From a virus (lineage: Duplodnaviria > Caudoviricetes): a stretch of 45,131 nucleotides of DNA. The DNA is taken from the IMG/VR virus record IMGVR_UViG_3300037722_001242, positions 1-45,131 of that record; one strand, 5' to 3'. Position 1 is the first letter of the stretch. Every line of letters starts with the position of its first letter. Both the position numbers and the translations under genes were made by a program. The notes under the pieces are model-generated. The model was not told the DNA's origin, did no database searches, and saw only the letters and a list, made by a program, of their open reading frames with translations. This document shows, one piece after another, positions 34,495 to 44,788 of this stretch.

Positions 34495-35457
34495 TTATAT
34501 TGCGACAGTCGTAAAGTTCCATATAGTCTTGTCTGTCAGCGCTGGTACATCCTGCCCCAGTGCATCCACGGCCGCGCCGAGGGTCCAGAGCACATAGTAT
34601 CCTGTATCATTGGTCAGGTTCGTCGTAAGATGCAGCGTCAGTTCGTCATCGTTAGTTACCTCTGCATTACCTGCGCTGCTGCCTTCATCATCTGGAATGG
34701 TCCAGCTATCAATAAGTGCATCGCCAGATGTCGCTCTCAACTCTACTGTACCAGCACCGAGAGTGATGTTTCTCGAGAATGTCGCAACCAGATCAGTGTC
34801 TATTGCTATGTCTGTCGCGTCGTCCAGCGGACTTAGTGTCGTGATAGTAGCCAGAGCCGCCGCGGTGAAGCTCCATGCTCCTTCTAACAATGGCGAGTTA
34901 ACACTGCCAGCTGCACTATGCACAATCCCACTGCCCCAAACTACATAATACTCCTCCTCCGGCGTCAGGTCTGCATCCAATGTCAGTACTACATCTGCTC
35001 CAGATACATTGATGGTGCCACCTGCATCAGCCTCAACATCCCAGGTCTGCACCAGTGTATCATCTGCCAGATGCAGACTTATCGTGCCACTCCTAAGCGA
35101 TACTGCTACATCAAAGGCGACTGTTATAGTCCCTACATTGATTGGTACATCAGTACCATCATCTGCAGGCAGCAGTGTATCTATAGCTGGTCCTGCTACA
35201 GCTGCTATTGCGGTTAGGAGTCCTGCACTGCTATATCCCCTGAATACATGTCCTCCCTCCAACACAGGCACACCATTGGAGATGATATGATCCAGCTCTG
35301 CCTCTATGTCTCCTACCTTCTCTCCTGCTAACAGCGACGAAGTCGCCACGAGAGCGCGGGCGAGAGCATCTCGCCTCACTGGATCAGGCAAGAGGGAGGC
35401 ATCATCTAGAGCTGTCACCCCTGCTACTATGCCTTGCCGCCTGTCTGCGTTAATCAT
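34495..35457 (-). CDS. Protein with a ~90-aa N-terminal domain and two Ig-like (Big_5-like) domains
   Basis: Two copies of LxPxDDxTD+.I....+...F...+.L..GT+.L....YYV.W..G....W.FT. Confidence 0.72.
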   Translation of the reverse strand: MINADRRQGIVAGVTALDDASLLPDPVRRDALARALVATSSLLAGEKVGDIEAELDHIISNGVPVLEGGHVFRGYSSAGLLTAIAAVAGPAIDTLLPADDGTDVPINVGTITVAFDVAVSLRSGTISLHLADDTLVQTWDVEADAGGTINVSGADVVLTLDADLTPEEEYYVVWGSGIVHSAAGSVNSPLLEGAWSFTAAALATITTLSPLDDATDIAIDTDLVATFSRNITLGAGTVELRATSGDALIDSWTIPDDEGSSAGNAEVTNDDELTLHLTTNLTNDTGYYVLWTLGAAVDALGQDVPALTDKTIWNFTTVAI

Positions 35458-35475
35458 CTCGTTGTTTCCTGCCGC

Positions 35476-35748
35476 CTATGCAACCGCTGCCTGTACTGCT
35501 GCCAGAGTGTATCCTCTGAATGTATATGGGCCGGATGATACGAAGCTGCCACTGGACAGTAGATGATCAATCTCTCTCTCAATCATGCCTATGTCTTCGC
35601 CTAGCAGTCCTGCACCACCTGCAGCATCTGCTATCAACACTGCTCCTGCTAGAGCATCCCTCCGTACCGGGTCGACAAGAAGACTTGCTCCGTCAAGAGC
35701 AGTTATTGCTGCATCTATCGCTGCCAACCGCCCTGGGTCTATTGTCAT
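35476..35748 (-). CDS. Stand-alone paralogue of the N-terminal domain of the Ig-like protein
   Basis: ALDxASLLxDPVRRDALA..GE..G.IE.E.DH..S.G..FRGY shared by both. Confidence 0.75.
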   Translation of the reverse strand: MTIDPGRLAAIDAAITALDGASLLVDPVRRDALAGAVLIADAAGGAGLLGEDIGMIEREIDHLLSSGSFVSSGPYTFRGYTLAAVQAAVA

Positions 35749-35854
35749 GCTCTATCTCCATAAAGGGTGTGGGAGGGCTACGGGGAGAGCCCTCCCACTG
35801 CTAAGAGGGGAGGTTGCAACATGGAGCTGAGGAACCCTCTTAGCAAACTTGCGG

Positions 35855-36031
35855 CTATGCGGCAGGTCGTACTCTCTCCCATGCAACCCACCAGATGATG
35901 CCTCCCAAAGATACGACTGCACCAACAAGCGTAGTAGTCATCTCTTCAGTTATAAGGCCCCGCTGCATCAGTATGCCAGCTGCAAACTGCATAACGATGC
36001 GAAGCAACTGCTGTACAGTGTCCCAGGTCAT
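35855..36031 (-). CDS. Putative two-TM holin (58 aa, not in ORF track)
   Basis: MTWDTVQQLLRIVMQFAAGILMQRGLITEEMTTTLVGAVVSLGGIIWWVAWERVRPAA; ATGA-coupled to the deaminase. Confidence 0.6.
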   Translation of the reverse strand: MTWDTVQQLLRIVMQFAAGILMQRGLITEEMTTTLVGAVVSLGGIIWWVAWERVRPAA

Positions 36032-36528
36032 GAAGTCTCTCCCTGCATGGCGTGCGAGGGATCATCCATCATATATGGAGGCGTGTCAATGTATCTCACA
36101 TCTCCTCCAGCCGAGCGCATCATACTAACAGCCTTCGCTGTAGACTCCTGCCATCTATCTGTCATACACATAGGCGATGCAACGTCGCGTATGCCAGCCT
36201 GTACTATGTGTGCCATACACCTTATACACGGCGGCATAGGCCAGACATATAGCGTTACTCCTGCGTGCTTTACGGACTCTCGGAGGAATAGTAGAGCATT
36301 CATCTCACTGTGAACAATCCTATCTAGCTTCTCCTCCCTATCGTTCAATACCGCCCAGTCGTCAGGCACACCCATAGGTAGCCCATTAAACCCTATAGAG
36401 GCTATAGTCTTGTCCTGTCGTACAATAACTGCTCCACACTGCGTAGATGGGTCTTTGCTCCACTCTGCAATATGCCTAGCTAGAGATATAAACCTTTTAT
36501 CCCACCTACTTCCCGCATGTATCTCCAT
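36028..36528 (-). CDS. dCMP deaminase
   Basis: SKDPSTQCGAVI, GFNG, HSEMNA, PCIRC; AGGAGG RBS. Confidence 0.92.
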   Translation of the reverse strand: MEIHAGSRWDKRFISLARHIAEWSKDPSTQCGAVIVRQDKTIASIGFNGLPMGVPDDWAVLNDREEKLDRIVHSEMNALLFLRESVKHAGVTLYVWPMPPCIRCMAHIVQAGIRDVASPMCMTDRWQESTAKAVSMMRSAGGDVRYIDTPPYMMDDPSHAMQGETS

Positions 36529-38182
36529 CACAAGACCTCCTAATTCCGCCCCTCTCTCCTGCGGCGCGATATGTAGTACACCCTTTAGCTCCACCCTTCC
36601 ATGCTTCTACATATATCTCCCTAAATTCCTCCCATGTAACTGCATCTCCTACATTGCATGTCTTCGATATACTGCTATCTACGAACTCCTGTGCTGCAGT
36701 CAACACAGCTATATGCTCCTTAGCACTCACCTCACAGGTCCTCCGCGGTTCCACCCCAAAGAACTTATGTCCGTAGTCCTCTACTTCAAACTGCCCATAT
36801 CCATTAGTACCGCGAACACTCCTAACCTCCTTCACTGAGAACACTGGCTCAAGCCCACTAGATATGTTATCTGCACAGAAGCTAATCGTCCCTGTTGGTG
36901 CTATGCTAATCAGATGTGAGTTACGAATACCAATTGTTCCTATGCCCTCCTGTATATGACTAGGCAGCGTCTTCACAAAAGCACCACTCAGGTATGCATC
37001 TTTATTAAACACAGGAAATGATCCGCGCTCTGCTGCTAGCTGCACTGATGAACTATATGCGTGATCTCTCAGCGTCCTAAGAATAACCCTCATACCCTCT
37101 ATGAACTCGCTCGTCCCATAAGGGTGACCACACGCCTCTATTGCATTAGCCATCCCTGTAACACCCATTCCCATCCTACGCTTAGACATTGCCTCCTGCA
37201 TGTGCATCTTCATAGGATACATAGCTCTATCTATCACATTATCCATAGCTCTTAACACAACAGGTATATCTAATGCCATCCTCTCTAGATTAACGTAGTA
37301 GCCATTATCTCCCTTGAATGTATATGCAGCTAGATTGAAGCTGCCAAGGAGGCACGCTCCATGAGGGGGTAGTGGCTGCTCCGCGCATGGATTGGTAGCA
37401 GATATAGTCTCACAATACCTAAGATTATTCATTCTATTTATTGCATCTATGAATATCACGCCAGGTTCTGCCCAGTCCCACGTACTACGCATAATGCGCT
37501 CCCAGAGGTCCCTAGCTCTTACTGTCCTATACACTCTACCATTGAACTTCAGATTGAATGGCTTATTTGCCTCTACTGCGTGCATGAACTCATCTGTGAC
37601 AGCCACAGACAGATTGAACCCTCTTAGCTCTGTCTCATTCTGCTTAGCTAATACAAACTGCTCTATATCGGGATGATCTACCCTCATGACACCCATCTGC
37701 GCGCCGCGGCGGTGTCCACTACTAGATGTGCATATGCCTATCTCGTTGAAGATACGCATGAATGATACGGGGCCTGTGCTGTATGATTGCAGCTTTGTGA
37801 TAAGGTCGCCGGCGGGGCGCATCGTGCTAAAGTCGTATCCAATACCTCCCCCCATACGCATGGTAGCTGCCGCCTCATAGGCTCTATGCATTATATTGCC
37901 TTCGCCATCAACAAAACTGTCCTGTATAGTCCCTGACACAAAGCAATTATAAGGCGTAGTTGCCTTAGTAGTGCCCATATTACTAAGAATACGCCCTGCT
38001 GGGATAAACCTCATATCCAGCAGTATACTCCTGAACTTATGATAGTGCTCCGGACTATCACTGAGGGCAAACGCCACTCTATTACATACCTCCCTAAATC
38101 CCTCTCCAGGCTGACAATACTTATCCCTAAATGTGGCTATGCTAGCAGGCGTTGTGGGGCCTTGACGGAGAGGCACATTCAT
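36506..38182 (-). CDS. nrdJ: Class II (B12-dependent) ribonucleotide reductase
   Basis: PAGR, NCFV, RRGAQM, TNPCAEQPL, APTG, SKT; no beta-subunit gene. Confidence 0.9.
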   Translation of the reverse strand: MNVPLRQGPTTPASIATFRDKYCQPGEGFREVCNRVAFALSDSPEHYHKFRSILLDMRFIPAGRILSNMGTTKATTPYNCFVSGTIQDSFVDGEGNIMHRAYEAAATMRMGGGIGYDFSTMRPAGDLITKLQSYSTGPVSFMRIFNEIGICTSSSGHRRGAQMGVMRVDHPDIEQFVLAKQNETELRGFNLSVAVTDEFMHAVEANKPFNLKFNGRVYRTVRARDLWERIMRSTWDWAEPGVIFIDAINRMNNLRYCETISATNPCAEQPLPPHGACLLGSFNLAAYTFKGDNGYYVNLERMALDIPVVLRAMDNVIDRAMYPMKMHMQEAMSKRRMGMGVTGMANAIEACGHPYGTSEFIEGMRVILRTLRDHAYSSSVQLAAERGSFPVFNKDAYLSGAFVKTLPSHIQEGIGTIGIRNSHLISIAPTGTISFCADNISSGLEPVFSVKEVRSVRGTNGYGQFEVEDYGHKFFGVEPRRTCEVSAKEHIAVLTAAQEFVDSSISKTCNVGDAVTWEEFREIYVEAWKGGAKGCTTYRAAGERGGIRRSCDGDTCGK

Positions 38183-38232
38183 GTTGAGAATTCCCGTGCT
38201 TATAGGATTTTTCGAGCCGGAAAAGAACGACT

Positions 38233-38261
38233 ATCCTATCCCAAGGTCACAAAAATGTCAA
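38233..38261 (-). promoter_or_regulatory. Sigma70 promoter for the nrdJ operon
   Basis: TTGACA-N17-TAGGAT. Confidence 0.65.
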
Positions 38262-38305
38262 CAAAATCAACGTCTTACACCCGAAATGTGGAGCGCCATC
38301 ACCTT

Positions 38306-39787
38306 ATGGATGCTGCTAGAGAGCTAGCAGCTCGTCGTACAGTAGACCCACTGCTATCCTTTCCTCTTCATGAGAAGCAACGTACCTTCGTGGACTCCGT
38401 TTTGGGAGAGATAGCCAAGGAAAATTGGTTTATTGCAGCTAATCGCTCTGGAAAGTCCGATGCAGGCTCATATATTGGTGCCACTATGGCACGTTTTGGT
38501 GTAGATCGCACCACTATACAGACAAACGCTGATGGGACTGCCTCCTCAGTGCAAGTTCGTGATCGAGCTACGTCTGGCTGGGTATCTGCACTCGACTTTC
38601 CTACCTCCCGCGACGTAATTCAGCCTAAATACTTTGATAATGGCTTCGTTCCTCCAGGCCAACCCCATGCTCCATTCATTCCCAAGCATGAAATTGCCTC
38701 CTGGCGGCCCGACGACGCAGTCCTCCGCCTCAAAAATGGCTCCATAATTGGCTTTAAGTCCGCTGATAGTGGCCGACGCAAGTACCAAGGGTCTGAAAAA
38801 GACTGGTTTCATATGGACGAAGAGCATCCATGGGAAATCTATGAGGAAGCAGTCATTCGCGTTGGCACAAGACCTCTCCGTTTCTATTGCACTGCTACTA
38901 TCCTTCCACCTGAAGGAGGCAGCTCAGCCCCATCTTGGGTATTCTCCAAGATAATCCAGCCATTCCTCGCAGGCAAGCTACCTCACGCAATGGTATTTGG
39001 GGCCTCCATCTACGACAATCCCGGCATCTCCCGCGACGAAATCGCTCGTCTTGAGTCTATCTATCCGGAAGGCAGCATAGCCAGGCGCATTCGCTTAGGT
39101 GGAGAGTGGCTACCTGGCATAGGTGGCGCTCGTGCCTATCCTGCATTTGATCGGCAGCTCCATGTACAGCCTCAACCTCCTATCGCATTTCGTAGACCTA
39201 TCTGCTGGACATGGGACTTCAATGTAGATCCTATGATCTCCCTTATAGGCCAAGTCGATGGCTACGTATATCGCATATTCAAAGAACTAGTCATAGACGA
39301 TGCTAACATTCCTGAGATGTGCGAGTTGTTTACATCATTCTATCCTCGTCATGGAGCGGAAATCTGGCTCTTTGGCGATGCTACCTCCAATAGGCGCACT
39401 GGCCAAACAGGCAAGACGGACTACTACGTTATCCTACAGGAAATGCGACGCTATAACCTCCCTATTCGTATGAGAGTACCTCCTGACAACCCAAAGGTTC
39501 CGGACCGCATAAATGCAGTAAATCGCCTATGCAAAGACGAACGCGGCGCTGTTCGCCTCTCCATCGACCCATCTTGCGTAGAGCTAATAGCTGACTTGGA
39601 GGGGGTCTTGCGCGATGCGCGCGGCGGGGTATATAAGACACGAAACCGCAAGGACCCATACTTCCGAAGGACACATACAAGTGATGGGCTTGGATACTGG
39701 ATTGCCGCTGAGGAGCCTGTTCTCCCTCCTAGCGATCGCACCCAAACATCTGTATCCATTCCATCTCCATCGTATAAGGGTAGATAA
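38306..39787 (+). CDS. terL: Terminase large subunit (start 38306 or 38255)
   Basis: Walker A ANRSGKS, Walker B FHMDEE, YDNP, nuclease WDFN and HTSDGLGY. Confidence 0.92.
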   Translation: MDAARELAARRTVDPLLSFPLHEKQRTFVDSVLGEIAKENWFIAANRSGKSDAGSYIGATMARFGVDRTTIQTNADGTASSVQVRDRATSGWVSALDFPTSRDVIQPKYFDNGFVPPGQPHAPFIPKHEIASWRPDDAVLRLKNGSIIGFKSADSGRRKYQGSEKDWFHMDEEHPWEIYEEAVIRVGTRPLRFYCTATILPPEGGSSAPSWVFSKIIQPFLAGKLPHAMVFGASIYDNPGISRDEIARLESIYPEGSIARRIRLGGEWLPGIGGARAYPAFDRQLHVQPQPPIAFRRPICWTWDFNVDPMISLIGQVDGYVYRIFKELVIDDANIPEMCELFTSFYPRHGAEIWLFGDATSNRRTGQTGKTDYYVILQEMRRYNLPIRMRVPPDNPKVPDRINAVNRLCKDERGAVRLSIDPSCVELIADLEGVLRDARGGVYKTRNRKDPYFRRTHTSDGLGYWIAAEEPVLPPSDRTQTSVSIPSPSYKGR

Positions 39788-40038
39788 TGCCTAGAAGGGA
39801 TGCTCCAAAGACGCAAGGCTGGGGCGATAAGCAGAGTAGCTGGGATAAGCAGAATGAAGCATCTGCCCCTATTGCAAAGCGATATAACCGTCGATGCAAA
39901 GTATGCGGCATCTACCTCACGTCCCCTGCAGAGGACAAAATAGGTGTCCACATCCACTGTGTACAGGCTGCCAATATCCGTGCCGCACGACTGAGCCCCA
40001 TTCTGACAATCAGGCCTAGGTATGGTTCGAACAGTTGA
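39787..40038 (+). CDS. Hypothetical protein with Cys/His motifs
   Basis: Coupled between TerL and portal; CKVC..HIHC. Confidence 0.5.
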   Translation: MPRRDAPKTQGWGDKQSSWDKQNEASAPIAKRYNRRCKVCGIYLTSPAEDKIGVHIHCVQAANIRAARLSPILTIRPRYGSNS

Positions 40039-41944
40039 CCCCGAGACCAAAGACGAGCCAGTAGGCGATCATGATGGCTTCTCTGTAGTCGATACCATAA
40101 CCCGCTGTCGCATAGAGGCAGAGGATGCTCGTCGTGAGAGGCTGGAAATAAACAGACGTAACCGCAACGTCTACTTTGGTCGTCAAGACTGGTCTCATAA
40201 GCAGCGTGGGCAGTCTACAGAATTCCTGCCAAAGACAGCCACATCTGTAGAGCAGATGACCTCCTTCATCAAGCGTGGCTTGGTGCAATTTGGAGACTGG
40301 TTCTCTGTTGACTTAGACAGATCTATGGAGCGCCTGGTAGATGGCTCCCAAATCCGCTCGCTAATGATGTGCTTCTTGCGCAACCTATGGAGTGGCAATA
40401 ACACTCAGACCAGCATCGATATAGTCATATCCGACTCTGTAAAGAATGGCCTCCTTGAGTCTCTCATGATCCTCAAGGTCCACGGAGGCATGATGCCTAC
40501 TAGGGCTTACAAGTATGAGAATGGTGAGCTAACCTGGGTTGAAGGAGAAGAGTGGCGTCTTCGCATCGACCTTGTGCGCCCTGAAGACTACTATCCCGAT
40601 CCCTCCGGTGCTGGCTTGTACGAAGTGCATCGTGTGGAGAGGGACTTGCATGAGGTCGTAGACGCTGCAGAAATGGGTGTCTATGATATGGCTGTTATAA
40701 AGCAGCTAATAGATGTAGACTTCACACGCCCTGAAGATGAAGAGCGCAGCGACGAAGATCGCAACCAGGCGCAAACAACCGAACCATCCTTCCGCAAGAA
40801 GATAGTCCTCGACGAGTTTTGGGGAACATTGCTGAACAGCGATGGCACTGTCGCACATCGCAACTGCGTTGCAACAGTTGCGAATGACCGCTTCCTTATC
40901 CGCAAGCCTGAGCCTAACCCGTTCTGGCATCAGGAGAGCCCGTTTGTAGTTGCTCCTCTCGTGCGTGTACCATGGTCAGTATGGCATCGCGCCCTATATG
41001 ATCAGGCTGCCTCCCTTAATCTGTCCCTCAATGAGATGTTCAATCTCATGCTTGATGGTGGCATAGCTGCAGTATGGGGTGTGAAGCAGATACGTCTCGA
41101 GGACTTGGAAGACCCAGGTCAGGTTGCGGGTGGCGTGCAGCAGGGGGATACCCTCGCTGTGAAACAAACGCTGCCACACAATGCCAAGGTTATGGAGCGC
41201 GTAGACACTGGCAACGTACCTCAGGATGCTATGGCCATCTTTGAGTTTGTCAATCGAGAGTATACACAGTCCGCTCTGACCAATGAGATCAAGCTGGGCT
41301 CGCTTCCCGGCAAGCAGGTCCGCGCAACCGAAGTTGTCGAGGCAACACAGTCACAGGCTATCACTCTCGACGGCATAGTCGCTGACATCGAGAACAGCCT
41401 CATCACCAACGTCTTGAGGAAGTCCTGGCTTACCATCCTACAGAACGCTGACGACATTCCTCCCGAGACGATGCGATCTGTCGCTGATAACCAAGCTGCC
41501 CACCTCATAATGCGAGCCCCACCTGAGGAGCGCTTCGCCCTCTTTGGTGGGACCTGCTCATTTAAGGTAAATGGCCTATCTGCCACCATGTCCAAGGCAT
41601 TGGACTTCCAGAAGATAATGGCTGCCTTCCAGGCCATATCTACTAACCCCTTCCTCCTACAAAAGGCCATAGAGCGGTTTAGTGCCAACAAGATGATCTC
41701 GAAAATACTCCACTCCCTCAACATTGATCCACTCGACCTGGAGAAAGACCAGGCCGAGCAGGCGGCAGCCGCTACTGAGGCCGCCAACACTGGAGCTGCT
41801 GCGTCTATAACAGACGGGACGCAGGGGGCGTCCGCAGCGGGGGCGCAGGGCGCAGAAGGCGCCCCTGTAGGCGGTGGCTCCGGTGTACCTGCTCAGATAA
41901 ACCAAGGGGCCAATCCCGTATCAGGCATGGTTCCCAACGGATAG
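40022..41944 (+). CDS. Portal protein
   Basis: 640 aa after TerL; NPFWH..PFV, RATEV; low-complexity C-terminus. Confidence 0.85.
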   Translation: MVRTVDPETKDEPVGDHDGFSVVDTITRCRIEAEDARRERLEINRRNRNVYFGRQDWSHKQRGQSTEFLPKTATSVEQMTSFIKRGLVQFGDWFSVDLDRSMERLVDGSQIRSLMMCFLRNLWSGNNTQTSIDIVISDSVKNGLLESLMILKVHGGMMPTRAYKYENGELTWVEGEEWRLRIDLVRPEDYYPDPSGAGLYEVHRVERDLHEVVDAAEMGVYDMAVIKQLIDVDFTRPEDEERSDEDRNQAQTTEPSFRKKIVLDEFWGTLLNSDGTVAHRNCVATVANDRFLIRKPEPNPFWHQESPFVVAPLVRVPWSVWHRALYDQAASLNLSLNEMFNLMLDGGIAAVWGVKQIRLEDLEDPGQVAGGVQQGDTLAVKQTLPHNAKVMERVDTGNVPQDAMAIFEFVNREYTQSALTNEIKLGSLPGKQVRATEVVEATQSQAITLDGIVADIENSLITNVLRKSWLTILQNADDIPPETMRSVADNQAAHLIMRAPPEERFALFGGTCSFKVNGLSATMSKALDFQKIMAAFQAISTNPFLLQKAIERFSANKMISKILHSLNIDPLDLEKDQAEQAAAATEAANTGAAASITDGTQGASAAGAQGAEGAPVGGGSGVPAQINQGANPVSGMVPNG

Positions 41945-41995
41945 GTGTCACAATGGTGAAGAAGCGCAAACGTAAGAAGAAGAGGAGATACTAAC

Positions 41996-42175
41996 ATGCC
42001 GAAAGGTGTAGGATATGGCCCTAACTACAAGGGCAAGATACACGGTGGAGCTGGACCGAAGAGTACTTCGGATGGCAAAGATCTGTCTAAGAATGCCAAG
42101 AATGTCATCTCTGGCACTAAGGTCAGCATGAAGCCAGTATCCCCATCAGCCAATGCGGCATCTAGGGACAAGTGA
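41996..42175 (+). CDS. Small basic protein (59 aa, not in ORF track)
   Basis: AGGAG RBS; MPKGVGYGPNYKGK... Confidence 0.6.
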   Translation: MPKGVGYGPNYKGKIHGGAGPKSTSDGKDLSKNAKNVISGTKVSMKPVSPSANAASRDK

Positions 42176-42477
42176 TGGCAACCAAGGAAGCTGTACTCGT
42201 AGAGGCACTGGTCAATGCTGCCAGCAATACAGGAAACCGTATGCTGGAAAGGCGTATGGCCGATCTCGCTGTATGGATATATCAGAATAAGGGCCGTATT
42301 CCTATTGACAACCTGGCTAGTAGGCAAGCATTCCACGAGAAGGCTTTATGGTGTCTATTGGAGGTAGTCGCTCTTCAGCATGAACGCATACAGGATCTCG
42401 AGGCTAGCAAGCGCTCTAAGCATCTCTGGATGCCCTCCAGTGTAAGCATAAATGGCTCTGTGAAGGATTATGGCTGA
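42172..42477 (+). CDS. Hypothetical protein
   Basis: Coupled in the head operon. Confidence 0.7.
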   Translation: MMATKEAVLVEALVNAASNTGNRMLERRMADLAVWIYQNKGRIPIDNLASRQAFHEKALWCLLEVVALQHERIQDLEASKRSKHLWMPSSVSINGSVKDYG

Positions 42478-42736
42478 TCCATACAGGAATGCAGAGCGCA
42501 TAGAGGACGGTCGTGAGGCTACGCTAGTGCGTGGCGTGGTCGAGCCGTGGATTAACGGCTATATCGATGACAAAGTAACCCTCATGGTCGCTATATATCG
42601 CAGTGGCTCATATACGCACGACGATCTGGTGGGCAAGGTAGCGGAGATATCAGCACTGCGAAGTCTTATAGACTCCCTACAGTCGACGGAACGTCGAGGA
42701 TCTATAGCAATGGAGAAAGAAAATGCCAAAGCCTAA
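42470..42736 (+). CDS. Hypothetical head-module protein
   Basis: Small helical protein before the scaffold gene. Confidence 0.7.
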   Translation: MADPYRNAERIEDGREATLVRGVVEPWINGYIDDKVTLMVAIYRSGSYTHDDLVGKVAEISALRSLIDSLQSTERRGSIAMEKENAKA

Positions 42737-43391
42737 GTCAAAAGATGGAATGGAGGGGTTTCCTGAAGATGGTGATCCCTATATTCCGCCTGATCCTAAT
42801 GGAGAAGAAGATGAAGATAATCCCCCTATCACAGAGCCTGACCCTCTGGATGCTCTCCGTCAAGAGAATGCAGAGCTTCGCAGAAGTATGGATGGCCTCC
42901 GGCAGGACCTCGCGGCAGTGAGGGCACCGCCGAAGGAGCCTGATGCTCCAGACGACTTCTATGAGGACATGGATAGCAAGCTATTTCAGAACCCCACTGA
43001 GACTCTGAAAGGCATAGAGGATCGCATTGTCTCCCGCGTATCAAAGGAGATGAAGACCTCCTACAACAAGGACCAAGGGGAAAGACAGTTCTGGAATGAC
43101 TTCTATGCTGCCCATGCAGATCTCCGACCCGACGATGATCTTGTAAAGGCCACTCTACAGGGCAATATGTCCTCTCTTGGTGGTCTGCCGGTTTCGGAGG
43201 CCATAACCCGCCTCGCGGACTTGACGCGGGATCGAATTGCAAGGTATGCAAAAGAACCGCGGAAGCGTCCTCACACCGAAGGGGCTAGACCTCCTACTCC
43301 TACTCCGCCTAAACTGGAAGAGGATAAAGTAGTGACGTTGTCCGACCTTATCAAAGCCCGCCGCAATAAGCGTCGGGGTCACGCGGCCTGA
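42723..43391 (+). CDS. Capsid scaffolding protein
   Basis: Acidic N-terminus, coiled coil and basic C-terminus; immediately before the capsid gene. Confidence 0.7.
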   Translation: MPKPKSKDGMEGFPEDGDPYIPPDPNGEEDEDNPPITEPDPLDALRQENAELRRSMDGLRQDLAAVRAPPKEPDAPDDFYEDMDSKLFQNPTETLKGIEDRIVSRVSKEMKTSYNKDQGERQFWNDFYAAHADLRPDDDLVKATLQGNMSSLGGLPVSEAITRLADLTRDRIARYAKEPRKRPHTEGARPPTPTPPKLEEDKVVTLSDLIKARRNKRRGHAA

Positions 43392-43401
43392 GGAGGCCTA
43401 T

Positions 43402-44346
43402 ATGGCACAGTTCACTTGGACTTTTGATGGCCCTTCGGCGACTTACAAGTCCCATGCACTCTCTTCTCGCCTCTACGAAGCAGCGGTGGAGAATAGCGTC
43501 TGCATGGATCATGTTAGGCCTGTTGAGGGGTTCGGGCGGAATAGTGGTGAGACAGTCACTCTAACCCGCGTTCGTAACATTACGGAGCCTACATCTCCAG
43601 CATTGGAAGAGGGAGTTCGTATTCCTGAGGACGAATTCGAACTATCCACCCAGTCCATCACTGTGTCGGAGATTGGGCGAGCTGTACCTTACACATCTCT
43701 GGCACTGGACCTCTCGAAGTACGACCTTGAAAATCCTATCCAGCGTAAGCTCCGCGATCAGATGCGTTTGTCTCTAGATACACTAGCAGCTACCGCGTTC
43801 AAGAATGGCTCTATAAAGTATGTACCAACAGGTGCTGCGAGCAACAATATCGCAGTTAATGGTACTCCTGCTACGGCAGCTCTCGCTAACATGAACTTCT
43901 TCCATGTGGAGGAGATCAGGGACTACCTCTTCGATACGCTGCACGCAGCTCCTGTAGAAGGTGGTGACTACATTGGCATCTTCCGCACCCGTGGTCTCCG
44001 CGGCATTAAGCGTGATGATGCATGGGAGCAGTGGCACCAATACACTGACCCTCAGGCGAAGTACAATGGCGAAGTTGGTCGTATCGAGGGTACTCGCTTT
44101 ATTGAGACTAACCACGCTAATGCGTTTGGAAACATCGGTACATCTTCTGTTCTCGGCGAAGGTGTAGTCTTCGGCGAGGATGCTGTGGCCATGGCTGAGG
44201 CAATGACGCCTGAACTCCGCGCTGCAATTCCTGACGACTTCGGACGGTCTAAGGCCGTTGCCTGGTATGGCATTGTTGCCTTTGACGTTATCTGGAACAC
44301 TGGCAACGCAGGCGAGGCTAAGATCGTCCACGTCAGTTCGGCGTAA
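43402..44346 (+). CDS. Major capsid protein (N4-gp56-like, HK97 fold)
   Basis: AGGAGG RBS; LEEG, YNGEVGRIEGTRFIET, FGEDA, DDFGR..AWY. Confidence 0.88.
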   Translation: MAQFTWTFDGPSATYKSHALSSRLYEAAVENSVCMDHVRPVEGFGRNSGETVTLTRVRNITEPTSPALEEGVRIPEDEFELSTQSITVSEIGRAVPYTSLALDLSKYDLENPIQRKLRDQMRLSLDTLAATAFKNGSIKYVPTGAASNNIAVNGTPATAALANMNFFHVEEIRDYLFDTLHAAPVEGGDYIGIFRTRGLRGIKRDDAWEQWHQYTDPQAKYNGEVGRIEGTRFIETNHANAFGNIGTSSVLGEGVVFGEDAVAMAEAMTPELRAAIPDDFGRSKAVAWYGIVAFDVIWNTGNAGEAKIVHVSSA

Positions 44347-44356
44347 GGAGGCCACA

Positions 44357-44788
44357 ATGGCATACACTCACGGTAAGAGAGAAGTCCCATTTTTGATTGC
44401 CACTGGCGAAAGGCTAGTGCCCCTTCAGACTCCTGCTGTCAAGGCGGTTCTTCACCCTGGTATGCAGCCTTGGGAGGTGACAGGTTTCTTTATTCTTGTC
44501 ACTACTGTTGGCTCAGGTGCTGTTGCAGTTCTAGAGGTCAATCATCGGACTGCTCCAGCTGTAACATCTGGGGAAGTGGCTATCGCTACTATCACCTTCT
44601 CTACTGCAGCTTTGGCAGTGGGTAAGATGATGTATAAGCGCATTGACCCTGTAAAGGTTTTACCTGGTCAGGAGTTGGCTCTGGAGCTGATAACAGCCAA
44701 TACCAGCGGCGTCGCCCTCTGCGGATTGGAAGTCAATGAAGTGAATGAAAATCCTGCAAACAACACTAACATGGTTGCAAGCGCATGA
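44357..44788 (+). CDS. Putative capsid-associated beta-rich protein
   Basis: AAGGAGG RBS and ATG 44357 directly after the capsid gene. Confidence 0.65.
   Translation: MAYTHGKREVPFLIATGERLVPLQTPAVKAVLHPGMQPWEVTGFFILVTTVGSGAVAVLEVNHRTAPAVTSGEVAIATITFSTAALAVGKMMYKRIDPVKVLPGQELALELITANTSGVALCGLEVNEVNENPANNTNMVASA

Noticed and set aside
41953-41994. 13-aa basic mini-ORF MVKKRKRKKKRRY
   Set aside because: Too short to support; the purine-rich tract also supplies the RBS of the next gene
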